64,000 nt of DNA from Trypethelium eluteriae (GCA_051942245.1 JAVECL010000044.1:1-64000); one strand, 5' to 3'. Numbered from the stretch's first letter, positions 25,451 through 37,367 are shown. The notes: generated by a model not told the origin, from the letters alone. Numbers and translations are program-made.

Positions 25451-27173
25451 TAGAATTGAGGCTTGGCCCAATAATCTTGCACTGGAAACTGTACCTCCAA
25501 GTTCGCGCACAACCACGTCCACTCGAGACAGGCAGTTGGCCGAATTCTTTGAAGGATAGACCGTGAAGGAGCGAAGGTCTCAGTCATGTAGCTCCTGATA
25601 CTCGCGCTCCAGTGCAGAAGCGTGCGAGAAATGCTGAGCCATTGATCCTCATTGTTCCCTAAAAGCTCCATCCGACGCAGTTGTTGAGCAGACAGCCAAG
25701 CTCAGCTGGTTCGATATGCTTCATTCGCTCGACTTTGTCCCCTGCACGCACAAGATGCATTCAGGGAGCTGCTTCAGCCACCAAGAATCTTTTGCTTGCT
25801 GCTGCCGAGACATAGGTCTCGAGCATGAGGCATTGTGAAAGATGTTTTTTCCCAGACTTGTCTGATAAAAGAAGCAAAAAAGAAGAGTTTAGAGAATTGC
25901 AGTATGGATACACTGCATCTATGAATCCGTGCAACCGAGTGCGAGCCCATGGGCGGGCAAAGTCCTCAGGGCGGGAAGCGAACGTTACCGAAGATCAAAT
26001 GTATCAGTCCCATGGTCAAGATGAGTGCAGCGCTCGGATGCAGCTTGCCTATATTGCGCCAGGATGCTGCAATATGTTCACAACTCAAAAGATGGATGTG
26101 GTTGGGCAATGCAATTTGGATTCGACAAATACCAAAAAGACCGTGTCCAAGGATAACCTCACAATCTCCTATATCAGATCTTCTCGAGCAATTTATCAGC
26201 CGGCTAAGATTATGTAGCCAATACTAGATAATGATGTTCGATTTGGATTTTGGAAACAGGCTTTTCAGTGGATCGGCCCATTTAGGAGGGAAGCTTCCTG
26301 GCTGTTAAATCCCATTAGGGCAAAGATGATCCGCGAGCTCCGATGCTATTTTTTAATGTCTAGCCCCAACTGAACGTAGACATCTAGTAGTTCTTGCTCA
26401 GTGCTGAACGAGGGTGGGAAGCGGATGGGTGGAACTGCTCGGTATGAGAATCATGGATTAGCATTCGGCAATGCTCACTTACCCGTGTATCGGATGGGAG
26501 TTTAAAGAATGGGAGGTGACTCGCAGCAGAGAAAAGCGTTTGATCTTGCCATCATTAGCGCGCTTGGCGCACTGGCACCTTCAGGGATTGCGTCTTTGCT
26601 CTACGGCGAACCCTGCCGTGCCCCGATGGGTGCCAGAAAGGCAACGCGACTCTGGGGGTAAGCTTCTTACCTCTATCACCCTTTTGCCAGCCCAATTCCC
26701 TACTAATCTAGACCCTACATCACATCTGCCACTACGTGACTGCGTCCTGCTGCCGAACGTATCAATGCCGCTCTAGCGCCACCATGAATCTGCGATGTGA
26801 TACCGGAAACTGGTGTGACGGCACTTACAGCCCGTCTGTATGAAGAAGGACTTCTCACTCGTTGACAAAGCTTAGATTGGTCCCTTCATAGGGCTGATTC
26901 TCCTCAGCTGAAGTATACGGGATCGACCGGATGTAGGAGGAGGCTATTCAAGAACAAATAACCGCACATTTACACACCGAACCCGCAAGGCTGACGGTCC
27001 CTCGCAAATTTATGCAAACAGCAATTAGGACGCCTGCAACTCCACTCTATGGACCTGCTGACAAACATGGAAATCCTGAAGCTTCAAACTCCCATTCACC
27101 GCACCCTTCAGCCGCACGAACCTGCAGCGCTCTCTCAATTCATTCCAGTCTCTGGAGCTCTCTTGTAGAATCA

Positions 27174-28079
27174 ATGGCAAATTCGCACGATGTCCTCCTT
27201 TCCTCCATTCTACAGCCTTCACGCCTCTTAGCTCTTCATGCTCTCTATTTTTCATGGGCCGACTCGGGCGGCCTCCCTGACGCTGCCTCGCTTCTCCGAT
27301 TCTTCAGCAACGATATCGCAGCGCCTCTATTCGACATAGCCTTCGCCTCAGCCCTCAAACCTCTATCCACCATCCCTCTGATCGAAATTCCCCCTCTGCT
27401 TCCCTACTTGGCATCTCCCACAGAACCCGACTTCCCGGCCCAGGCTCTCGGCCTTCACATTCTACTCGATCAGGCTCCTCGCTTTCTTCTCCGTGGCATA
27501 GACGAGCGCTGGACCTTCGGCTTCTTCGGAGTGTTGACACTTCGTTTCGCGCAAGAGCTAGCCGCGCTACCGGTGGCGTTACAGCCACAACGCGTGCAAC
27601 GGTGGCGAGACCTCGGCCATGGATATGAGCACGCATGGCTGCGGGCGTTCTTGTTGTCGACCGCATTCGTCCATGCTGAAGAGCTCAGTGCGCAGCGGTT
27701 TGGACAGGCTATGATCGAGGAAGAGTGCAGAAGGGGTGCAGAAACGCACTATGGCGTTGCGGATCCAACAAGACCGCTCGATGAGGCAGACACAAAAGAC
27801 GTGACCCTCTTTCCCAAGCTAGTTTTGAGTGTGGAGGATGGAGCGGAAGATCTGAGAAAGGAGGAGGCCCTATGGAGGATGTGTCGAATTGTGAGAGTGC
27901 ATGAACCAATCATTACGGCCTTTGGGAGGTATCCTTATCGGAATGGGAAGATGGGCAGAAAGAATACGGAAGAGGAGTCGGATTATTTGAAAAAGACTAA
28001 CGGCTTTGGGGATTGTGATCCGGAGACGGCGAGGAAGATCCGAGAAGATGTAGAGGCTGGGAGGTGGACCCCTTTGTAA
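27174..28079 (+). CDS. DUF924 family protein
   Basis: Motifs ALGLHILLDQAPR, FVHAEEL and HEPIITAFGRYPYRN..MGRKNTEEE are typical of DUF924. Intronless ORF; alternative upstream ATG at 27012. Confidence 0.85.
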   Translation: MANSHDVLLSSILQPSRLLALHALYFSWADSGGLPDAASLLRFFSNDIAAPLFDIAFASALKPLSTIPLIEIPPLLPYLASPTEPDFPAQALGLHILLDQAPRFLLRGIDERWTFGFFGVLTLRFAQELAALPVALQPQRVQRWRDLGHGYEHAWLRAFLLSTAFVHAEELSAQRFGQAMIEEECRRGAETHYGVADPTRPLDEADTKDVTLFPKLVLSVEDGAEDLRKEEALWRMCRIVRVHEPIITAFGRYPYRNGKMGRKNTEEESDYLKKTNGFGDCDPETARKIREDVEAGRWTPL

Positions 28080-28385
28080 GGGAACAGACTCAAGTATGGA
28101 GTACGGGATACGGGGCTGCGGGATGCTTCAATCTGCTTTCCCTGTCTATATTGCCTACACCATCTTACTGCCTCCCATGTCTACTATGCGCACCAGCGTG
28201 CTCCCGAAAAATTATCATGATTCCCCGCCCGGCGAGTAAAAGCTCTCCTGACTCAGCAGAATCCTTGAGGTTTGATTTGCCAAGATCTTTGTGTTGATTT
28301 CCTTCTAGGACTAAACTTCAGTAACGAAGGATGCCGTAGACATCAGGCACAGGAGGGTGGTGTACATACCTCAAGCATGTGGGTA

Positions 28386-28464
28386 CCTTACGGCGGCTGG
28401 GGGGTTCCTCAACAGGTAGCATTGTGTTAATTACCTGTTGAGGAACCCCCCAGCCGCCGTAAGG
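28386..28464. mobile_element. MITE family A, copy 2 (internally deleted, 79-bp hairpin)
   Basis: Perfect 33-bp inverted repeat CCTTACGGCGGCTGGGGGGTTCCTCAACAGGTA around a 13-nt loop, with TA on both sides (28384-85, 28465-66). Confidence 0.9.
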
Positions 28465-28735
28465 TAGGCTCTGGGCGGCACAGCCATGGATCTTGAGGCT
28501 GTGCCCACTGGCTTCCCTCTTCAACGTCCTCAGAATACCCTACCTTTCAGGAAATTCATTGCTAAGTGCAACGTATCAACGTGCAACCCGGAGAGTTAAA
28601 TGCGTACCTATGCAGGTATGTTGTTCATGCAATTGACACAACAAGTCAGTGAATCTCACCTGTACCCTTTTCTTCTCTCTGATCGACTGTATCAATCACA
28701 CAGTGCACGATAGCATACAATACTCTGCACTAGAA

Positions 28736-29772
28736 ATGACGTCGAGGTTACCAATTGCTCGGTGGCAGATACCACTCTTTTGCCTCTGCCTAATTCCTTC
28801 AATGATTTTTTTCATGTTTGAAATTTTATACAGGTCAATTTCCAGCCGAGTAGTGAATAGATTCAAGAAAAAATCCCGGGACTACAAAAGATCTCGCCGA
28901 GAACATCTTCTGTCGCGTCGTCGTGCATTGTCAGACCTCGAGAACGGAGCAGCAATCAGTAACGAACGGGAAAGGTTGTCATTCCTCAAAGTTCCACCGG
29001 AGATACGTCAACAGGTTTACGAGTATCTCTTTCGAGAGCAAGAACGGGAACCCATTGTCATGACATACGATGTCCACAGAAGGATCGTAGCAACTACCAA
29101 GAGCAGTTTCTGGAGACAATATTATTCCCGACGTTGGCCCTTTGGACGAAAGTCACCTGCGGAATTGGATGTACACGAATATGTACGACAGCGGCCTCTT
29201 GGACTCCCGATGACTTGCCGACAACTGTAAGCACCTCTTTCGCTTTGATGCCTAGTCAGACTTGGCTACTTATACAGGGAGAAAGGAAACACGACCACTG
29301 AGGAGCGATGAGAATGACATAGAGTTAAAGATGGATGGTTTCGACTTGACTACGCTGACACATCGTTAGGTACATAGAGACCATTGACTATCTCTACGCA
29401 TACAACACGTTCAATTTGCCAGTTCCGGAGACGATGGTCGACCTCCGAGATCGAGTCTTTCTACCCCAGCGACTGAACGCGATCACATCCTTGAGGCTAG
29501 ATTCGCCAATTTTTTCTATTATCCGCATATCAGAGATTCGTGATATCGAGACTGTCAAGGAGGAATGGTTCGAAACATGGAACATCATTTTAAGTCTAGA
29601 ACGCCTCAATTACCTGACCGTAGACGTCTACCAACCCCATATCGTTGGGCCTCATGCGGATTTCAGAGGGATAAACCCTTCTCCAGGAACCTTACAGTCT
29701 CTCCTCAATCCACTGATGCAGGTCAAAAAACTACCTAAGTTTGAAGTTATCATTTTTTTGGCAGCCATCTGA
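28736..29772 (+). CDS. F-box-like / DUF7730-type hypothetical protein (C-terminus possibly frameshifted)
   Basis: Motifs SFLKVPPEIRQQVYEYLF and LGLPMTCRQL|YIETIDYLYAYNTFNL across an intron at about 29227-29369 (GTAAGC...GCTGAC...TTAG). Confidence 0.7.
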
Positions 29773-29994
29773 TGTCGAGCGTTATACACATGCCCCATTT
29801 GTGCTGAGATATAGGGCTCCGAGCTCAACCGGTGAAGGCAGTCCCTTGTTGTAGCCTTCGCGTTCAATGCTCCCATTGCTCACAGTCATCTCTCATGTCA
29901 GCCTCATGCATAGACAGTCAATGTTTGGGTCTGCACGAAAAGTGCAAGCAGTTTGGAACGAATGAGCTTCCTGGCTTCGAAGCGTCTGGGTTGT

Positions 29995-30230
29995 CACGCG
30001 GTTAACAAAAAAACCCGCACACCGAAACTGGGGGGTGCCTCGCCAGAAAAGTAGCCACACTTATAAACTACCTTTACAAAGTCCAAATTATTATTCAATA
30101 ATCTCTTAAGTTTAAAAGGTGGTGACTGTGTGATAACAGATAAGCCTAATATACATATGTGATCTTTTCTGTCTACTCTGTATGAAGCACCCCCCAGTTT
30201 TGGTGTGCGGGTTTTTCTGTCAACCGCGTG
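29995..30230. mobile_element. MITE family B, copy 1 (CAC...GTG termini, 5-bp TSD; Transib-like or hAT5-like)
   Basis: Imperfect TIRs of about 44 bp: CACGCGGTTAACAAAAAAACCCGCACACCGAAACTGGGGGGTGC / GCACCCCCCAGTTTTGGTGTGCGGGTTTTTCTGTCAACCGCGTG. Flanks are GTTGT / GTTGC. A second copy starts at 36924. Confidence 0.88.
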
Positions 30231-30742
30231 GTTGCGAAGGGAGGTCTCGCAGAAACCTTTGAAGTTACTTGGCAAGCCTAATAGATGTCTGTGACGAATA
30301 AGAATCCATAACATAATCTTTGCTGTACAATAAGCCATAACGCAACAGTCTCAGGAAATTACAAGTCCAACTACTATCTTGTAAGCAATTAGTGCCGTTA
30401 CAGAAAGCTGCATACATGTTCGCGATATCGTCGGGATTTGGTAGAGTCAGCACACATTCCGTACCTAGAGTCGAGCCTCTGGCATAGGCATACATGCTTA
30501 TCATCAGAGCGACGTCTGGATTACAGGCCTAGTCCGCAGATCATGGGTCTGTAGCCAAGTATCGATCCGTAAAGAAGGGGGTAGAGGTCAGGCCGTCCAA
30601 TCGCTGCGCAAGAAGCCCGCAAACACATCCCTGCATCTCTTCGTGCCTTCTCCCCGCAACCCCGCCATCTAGGTGCGGAATTCCCATTGCTCTACTCCGT
30701 ATGTCTTAACGAATTGTCAGTCTGCAGCCGATTCCAAGCAGA

Positions 30743-32427
30743 ATGGAAGTCCCTACCGCCAGATCTCTCGCAGATGTCTATCCTGAAGCTTCTCTGTCGG
30801 TCCAAAAATCCAGATGGCAGGCGCTCCTCGCCAAATTCGAGCAAACGTATGGCCGCCCCGCGGACTTTGTCTCGCGCAGCCCAGGGAGAGTGAACATTAT
30901 CGGCGAAGTAGGTATGTTCACATGGTTCTCAAACGCTCAGGAGTCTAAATGAATGGGAACTGTAGCACATCGACTACTCTCTTTACGAAGTAATTCCAAT
31001 GGCGATCACGGCCGATGTCCTTATGGCGGTTGCGATTCGTCCAAGCAACGAAACGCCTCCAAAGGTCCGTCTAACAAACGTGCATCCGGAGAAATTCCCT
31101 ACACGGGAATTTGAGATACCTTCAGAAGGAGACATAGCAATTGATGCTACAACGCATGAGTGGACGAATTACTTCAAAGCGGGGATAAGAGGCGCATCGA
31201 AGTTGCTGCAGGAAAAGAAAGGGAAAGAGTTTACTTCATTAGGTATGGATGTTTTGGTAGATGGCACAGTGCCGAGTGGTGGCGGTCTGTCAAGCAGTGC
31301 AGCATTTGTTTGCACAAGCGCTTTGGCTGTCATGAAGGCCAACGGAGAGGATGCTGTAGACAAGACAAAGTTGACTGAGCTCGCGATTGTGTCCGAGAGA
31401 GCGGTTGGTGTCAACTCCGGAGGGTGCAATACTCGCTCTATCGACCTAGGTTCCATTGCTAACTCGGGCCAGAATGGATCAATCTGCGTCAGTATTTCCT
31501 GTCCAAGGCTCTGCTCTTTACGTATCTTTTAAGCCTTCTCTTACCGCCAAGAATGTTACGATACCAACGACAGATCCCGAAATCACCTTCGTTATAGCTC
31601 AGTCTTTCGTGGTCTCAGACAAACATGTCACCGCCCCTGTATGCTATAATCTCCGGGTCGTCGAATGCACCATTGCCGCAGCCTGTCTAGCAAAAATATT
31701 TGGATTGAAGGCACCCTTACCAGCCGATGCCGGTCCTCTTGGCATCAGCTTGAAAGGGTTCCACGACACGTACTTTGAGGACAAGGAAGGGATCAAAGAC
31801 AATTCCAAGACATCTGTCCCAGACCTACAAAAGCAGTTGGAGACACTCATTGACTTGACAGACAATTACCTTCCCCAAACCGGCGGATACACACGGGATG
31901 AGATCGCCCAAATCCTTGGTATCAGCAAAGAAGGTGTAGAGAAGCAATTCCTGTCTTCATTTCCGGTCCGAGCAGAGCAGTTCCTTCTTCGTCAACGAGC
32001 TCTACACGTCTTCACCGAAGCCTTGCGTGTTCTTCAATTCATGGATCTCCTCCTCAAGCCACCGACCACTTCAGACGGCGAGACAGATTCGAAGGCGCTG
32101 ATGAAACAGCTCGGTGATCTCATGAACGAGACGCAGGACTCCTGTCGCGATGTCTATGAGTGTAGTTGTCCTGAAATTGACGAGCTCTGCAAGTTGGCGA
32201 GAGGCGCAGGAGCGTATGGGAGTCGCTTGACGGGTGCCGGCTGGGGTGGCTGTAGTGTGCACCTCGTGCCTGCAGATAAAGTGGACAAGGTAAAAGAGGT
32301 ATGGGAGAGAGAGTACTACAGGAAGAGGTTCTCGGACATGACGCCTGAGCGGTTAGAAGAAGCAATCGTAGTGAGCAGACCGGGAAGTGGAAGCTGCGTG
32401 TATATGGTGCAAGATGGGACCCTGTAA
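30743..32427 (+). CDS. GAL1: Galactokinase
   Basis: SRSPGRVNIIGE|HIDYS, the GHMP motif VPSGGGLSSSAAF, GVNSGG|MDQSAS, YNLRVVEC and GSRLTGAGWGGC. Two introns, at about 30908-30965 and 31423-31472. Confidence 0.95.
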
Positions 32428-32740
32428 AACATTTTGCATACTGATTGGGAAGGCCCAATTATTGGATAGCATGTATTGGAAAGAAAACAACAGTGATAAG
32501 CAATGAGTAATCTGGAAGGTGACGAATCTTTCACCCTCTCATGCTGAGGTTTAGGCCTCGGCAAGATTCGGCGAGCGACGGAGCTCTCCCCAGATTTTAC
32601 TCTACAGACCAGCTCCCCGCATCGCCTACCCTGAGATTGTAATCATCCGATTCTGCTTAAGTCTGATTCATATGACCCTTGATTCATGACATTCCCCTAG
32701 TGCGCAATTACATGTTCAAGACTTCCATTACACGGCAATC

Positions 32741-33858
32741 ATGAGCACTCCAGGTGCAGGCTTCGAATACCCTTCCAAGCCAGTCTCATGGCTCAAGAGA
32801 GATGTCCTTCTCTTTGCTAACAGCATAGGCTGCACAGCTGAAGAGCTGCACTTTCTCTATGTAAACATTTCCATGCCCTTCCTATGTCTCTTCACAAGCA
32901 ATCTAATTGGCCGCTCTCTAGGAACTTCATCCCGACTTCTCCGTCTTCCCTACCTATGCCATTATCCTCCCTTTCCGCGGCACTTCGCAGGAAGTTCTCG
33001 ACTTCTATTCCTACTCCAGGCAAAATCCAATTCCAGGAGTTCCAACACTGGACAGCAAGCGCGTCGTCGATGGCGAGCGCAAAATTGAGTTCTTGAAACC
33101 TCTGCCTGTGAGCAGTGAGGGGAGACAGTTTGAGATCAGGGCGAAGGTGCTCGGAGTATATGATAAGGGAAAAGGTACAGTGGTAGAAACCGAAAACCTG
33201 CTGGTGGAGAAGGGGACTGGGGAGGTGTATACACGAGCAACGGGAAGCGGATTCTTCGTGGGCCAGGGCGGTTGGGGCGGTCCAAAGGGTAAGCGCGCGA
33301 AAAAGGACGAATGGAGTATCACAAGAATAGGAGAAAATAACACGGTGATGCTCCAGGCCCGAGTACGCCAAATTTCTTGCCCCCCAAGAATAAGAAACCG
33401 GATGCGGTGTATACCCTCCAGACGAACAATGAGTCGGCGCTACTGTACCGGTAAGTGGACGGAACTTGCAAGGACCTTGCACGAGAGCGAAGTTTGCTTA
33501 ACGCGACCCTAGGTTGAATGGAGATTATAATCCACTTCATGCAACGCCAGAACCGGGTCAAAAAATGGGTTTTGGTGGTGCTATCATGCACGGCCTGTTT
33601 TCGTGGAATACAACATGCCATGGCCTTCTCAAGGAGCTCGGAGGCAGTGACCCAACAAACATCAAAGAATTCCAGGCGCGCTTTGCTTCCCCAGTCAAGC
33701 CGGGTGACAAGCTAGTGACACAGATTTGGCGGACGGGCGAGAGGGATGGCCAAGATTGGGAAGAAATCAGGTTTGTTACGAGCGTTGAGGGCGGAAAAGT
33801 CTGCTTAAGTAATGGACGGGCAAAGATGAAGGTTGTTGCTGCAAAAAGCAAGCTATAG
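32741..33858 (+). CDS. Peroxisomal MaoC-type dehydratase (enoyl-CoA hydratase 2-like)
   Basis: WLKRDVLLFANSIG, the hydratase-2 motif LNGDYNPLHA...IMHGLFSW, FASPVKPGD and a C-terminal PTS1 SKL. Three introns. Confidence 0.92.
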
Positions 33859-33956
33859 GTCATGATGAAATCTCTTCCATGACAACAACACCAGTGTCCT
33901 TCAACGCTGTGCAGGCCTCCTTCAGATCGTTCACGTGGCCGGGTTGGCATATTGAC

Positions 33957-36071
33957 TTAACCTGTCACAGTTGCGGCCAGGACTTTGTCCTTGCCATACT
34001 CTAACATCTTGAGACGAGAGACAAAATCGTCACGATTGACTTCAATTTAGTTAGCCAGCATTCAGGTCCTGAGAATGCAGAACTTACTATAGCCACCCCC
34101 TAAGCGCCTTCTGCCAGTAAAAGCTGCTCTTCCATGCAGTACGCGCCAATTATCGAAGACTTTTCAAAATCAGTAAGTTCTTCTCATCGAAAGGAGAAGT
34201 AGGCCCTACTTAAAGGCCTCCCTGGTAGTAACTTAGACCAATACTGCGATCTCTCATCGGAAATTATCTGGTTGAACATTCTTGGAGGACATTAGTCAAT
34301 CTCATCAAATGGACCAGCCCTCTAACACCGGCCATACAAAAATCGGTGCTCGACTCAGGCCAATTGTGACATTGAAATCTCTGACGACTTACCTTGCTGC
34401 TTCATACCATCTGCTTTTCATATGCATTGGACATTCGATGCTTGCTCGATCGGCATTGTTCCACCGAATACGAAGCAAATGGCCTTGTTCTAGATCATGT
34501 TCAAGGACAGAAAACCCGCGATACGATGTGAAGTTGATGCCATCGTCACCACTGGCATGGTGACGGACAGCTATCTCGCTCAGAAGCTTGTATGCTTCAG
34601 GGTCTTTCTGAAATAACTTTGCTGCAGCCGCCGCGCCATCGACAAGCAGAGATTCTCCGCCCTTTCCGCCTTCGTGGGAGAGCAAATGAAACATCTGGAG
34701 TCCGACGGGATCAGAAAAGTAAGTCGTATCTGTGTGGGCTTCCAAAGCAAGATTCGTATAGGCAGTATCAATGGATGCCATCTCGCTCAGGACCTCCCAG
34801 TATCCGCCTCAGAGTAAAGTCAGCAAAGCATGACGTGCTTTATGCTGTCGTCGAATCTCATGACCTACCGTAATGTGTCTGGCGTATAAATGATATTCTT
34901 TCTAATAAGGCTTTGGTAGCTTCGGGGGTCGGGGGGCATCCGTCTACAAAGCTGAAGCCATGCAAACGCTGTATTCATTCGGACTAGGACTTAGCTGGAA
35001 AATATAATCTTGCAACCATGCTTTTAAGGACAGAGAGTGAGGTGCTCACAATTTCACTACACCATTTCTTAACCCCTTCCTCGGTTTGCATCACCTCATC
35101 ATAATCTACCTGTGGTGGGCTATCCTGAATGTTTGAGCCCCAAAGATTTACATTTCTTAACTCTTGAGATCAGTGACCCAGTCGCTAGACAAAAAGAAGC
35201 TGGTCGAACACGTACGGAAGCCGGCCTTGGCGTATTTGCGTCAACCTTTCCTCATCTTGTTCACGTAACCAAGCATGATCATAGAAGCTCTCATGACCGT
35301 CATGCCCTGATGGGGTAACGCATCAGACGACCTTAACGGACTTAGAATGCACGTCGGTGACGTTGAACCTACAAACAATTTGGAAGCCGTTGTTCATCTC
35401 TTGACATGATTTGATCTCAGGCGGCGTTGTGTTCTGCCATTGTCACCCTGGAAAGTTTTCTAGACAAACTGGGTACACTCACTTCGAACGTATTGTACAA
35501 TCGTTGTTTTGTTTCAAGATGGAAGCATAGAGCACATTGACAGTGATCTCTGCCGGGTACGGGTCAGTGAACTGGGTTTGGCAAGGTTGCATTCAGCACA
35601 CAGCGTACCTTAGCCATAATGATGGTCTCTGCTGTCAGCAAGTCTGTTCATCACTAACGGATCTATGCCTGCATACAGAGGTTGAAATTGGCGGTCACGG
35701 AATGCGTAGAGCGCCTTGCCATCCCAGTACGCTTTTTTTCCAGAGATTGATTCCGCTGAACTGATATGCGTAGGAGGAGCCTCGTAATTGTTAGCCATTT
35801 CATAAAGAGTAAAGCTAAGATCCTGAGTCTCACAATTGGTGGCGATCGAGGTTGTGAGTTCCTGGCTGTTGCTTGTGGCGATGGTGACACAACTTGTAAC
35901 CGGGCAGGACTATGGAAATGACGAAGACGGTGGTGAATCTCTATGACATTAGAATTTTTGTTGTGGGGGTAAAGCTTTCCGCGACAGTACCTGCACGGAA
36001 TTCCTGGAAGCAAGAGGAGACCCGATTGCCTTTGACACAAGGAAAAGATGGCCAGACTTTGGTAGTGACAT
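33957..36071 (-). CDS. Trimethyllysine dioxygenase (TauD/TfdA-like Fe/2-oxoglutarate dioxygenase, carnitine biosynthesis); 5' end uncertain
   Basis: Spliced motifs WLR|DHCQCALC.H..TKQRL, HTDTTYFSDPVGLQMFHLL, GGESLLVDG, IRWNNADR, FDNWRVLHGR and NRDDFVSRL. Many short introns. Candidate ATG at 36071. Confidence 0.85.
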
Positions 36072-36444
36072 TCTTGCTGCTTGAGCAGAGAACGGTCAAG
36101 CGAGTGGCATCACAAGAAAGTGTCGAGAAATTACAGGAGACCTGAGCTTTTCGTTAGGGATAATATACGATTCTGTCGTCATTATACTCCTCAGTGACTG
36201 AACAAGTCCGCAAAAATTACCTCTATCTTAATCCTGGATCATCCACCGTGCTCAAGAACAAGGCCAATCAGCTGCTGATTGAAAGTTCATGTCGTCCTTC
36301 ATATGAGAGACTGTTCTTAAAATCATGGACTACGCTGTAAAATTGATAATTGTACTTCCACAAGGATTTTGTTCCCACGTACATCCGAAACATTGACTTA
36401 ACTTCATAATTCCTTTCAAAAATTTTGAATTCCGGTAGAGTCTA

Positions 36445-36625
36445 CCTTACAGCAGCTGGGGGGTTCCTTAATAGGTAATTAATACAATTTTATCTTAATT
36501 TAACTGTTATAACCATATTAACCCATATTAAGGCTGTGTTAACATGGATTAATAAGGTTATAGTAATAAAGTTGAAATAATATTATATTAATTACCTGTT
36601 GAGAAACCCCCCAGCCGCCGTAAGG
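36445..36625. mobile_element. MITE family A, copy 3 (RIP-mutated)
   Basis: Colinear with copy 1 over its full length, with many C>T and G>A changes. TA flanks at 36443-44 and 36626-27. Confidence 0.88.
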
Positions 36626-36751
36626 TACCTTCTTAAAATTAAGTGCAGTATTCCCCAAAGAGATAGACTCTGTCTTAAGTCACAATTCACACTGTAATGT
36701 CTAGGAGCAAAAAAGCAAACTTTCATCGAACGAATGATCAAAACAGAGAGC

Positions 36752-36837
36752 CGACACCGATGGGACTCGAACCCACAATCTTTGCCATACAAAGAGAATA
36801 ACCGGAAAGCAACGCCTTACCATTAGGCCACGGTGCC
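36752..36837 (-). tRNA. tRNA-Arg(CCG) with a 14-nt intron
   Basis: Minus strand reads GGCACCG TG GCCT AATGGTA AGGC G TTGCT TT CCG G [TTATTCTCTTTGTA] T GGCAA AGATT GTGGG TTCGAGT CCCAT CGGTGTC G: complete cloverleaf, A/B boxes and a downstream T-run. Confidence 0.93.
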
Positions 36838-36923
36838 AAACTAAGTCAAGCAACTTAGCTTGTACAGTATATACCAACATACCAAAAATTACTCCTCATC
36901 TTAACTTTGTCTAAACGGCCATC

Positions 36924-37367
36924 CATGCGGTTAACAAAAAAATCCGCACACTGAAACTGGGAGGTGCCTTATTAAAAAAGTAGTCATATTTATAAACTAC
37001 TTTTATAAAATATAAATTGTTATTTAATAATTTCTTGAGTCTAAAAGTTGGTAACTTTATAATAGCAGATAAGCCTAATGTACATATATGATCTCTTCTG
37101 TCAGGGACCTAGCCTAGCCTAAATGAGATGAAAGCATGCAGCGTAGATATGAACGAGTATCTGGAGCTAGTAAAGCTACCTCGTGCGGACATGCGGGCAG
37201 CGCCGTCTATATACAGCTGCGCATGGGTCCGTGCGTAGAAGCATGTGACATATCACATGACCTCTCATCTCATCCTAGGCACGTGACCTTCAGTCCATGA
37301 CATTTCTGTCTACTGTGTATAAACCACCTCCCAGTTTTGGTGTACGGGTTTTTCTGACAACCGCGTG
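36924..37367. mobile_element. MITE family B, copy 2 (RIP-mutated, interrupted by a solo LTR)
   Basis: CATGCGGTTAACAAAAAAATCCGC...GGGTTTTTCTGACAACCGCGTG with a perfect 5-bp direct repeat CCATC at 36919-23 and 37368-72. Colinear with copy 1 except for a 204-bp insertion. Confidence 0.9.
37099..37302. mobile_element. Solo LTR of a retrotransposon nested in MITE B copy 2
   Basis: 204-bp insertion absent from copy 1, with TG...CA ends and short inverted repeats TGTCAGGGAC / GTCCATGACA. Internal TATATA; 4-bp flanks CTTC/TTTC. Confidence 0.75.

Noticed and set aside
25825..26217. 130-aa ATG-initiated ORF
   Set aside because: No recognisable motif or splice support; probably a chance ORF.
30743..33858. 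GAL gene cluster around galactokinase
   Set aside because: No GAL7 or GAL10 homologs nearby; the neighbours are unrelated genes.
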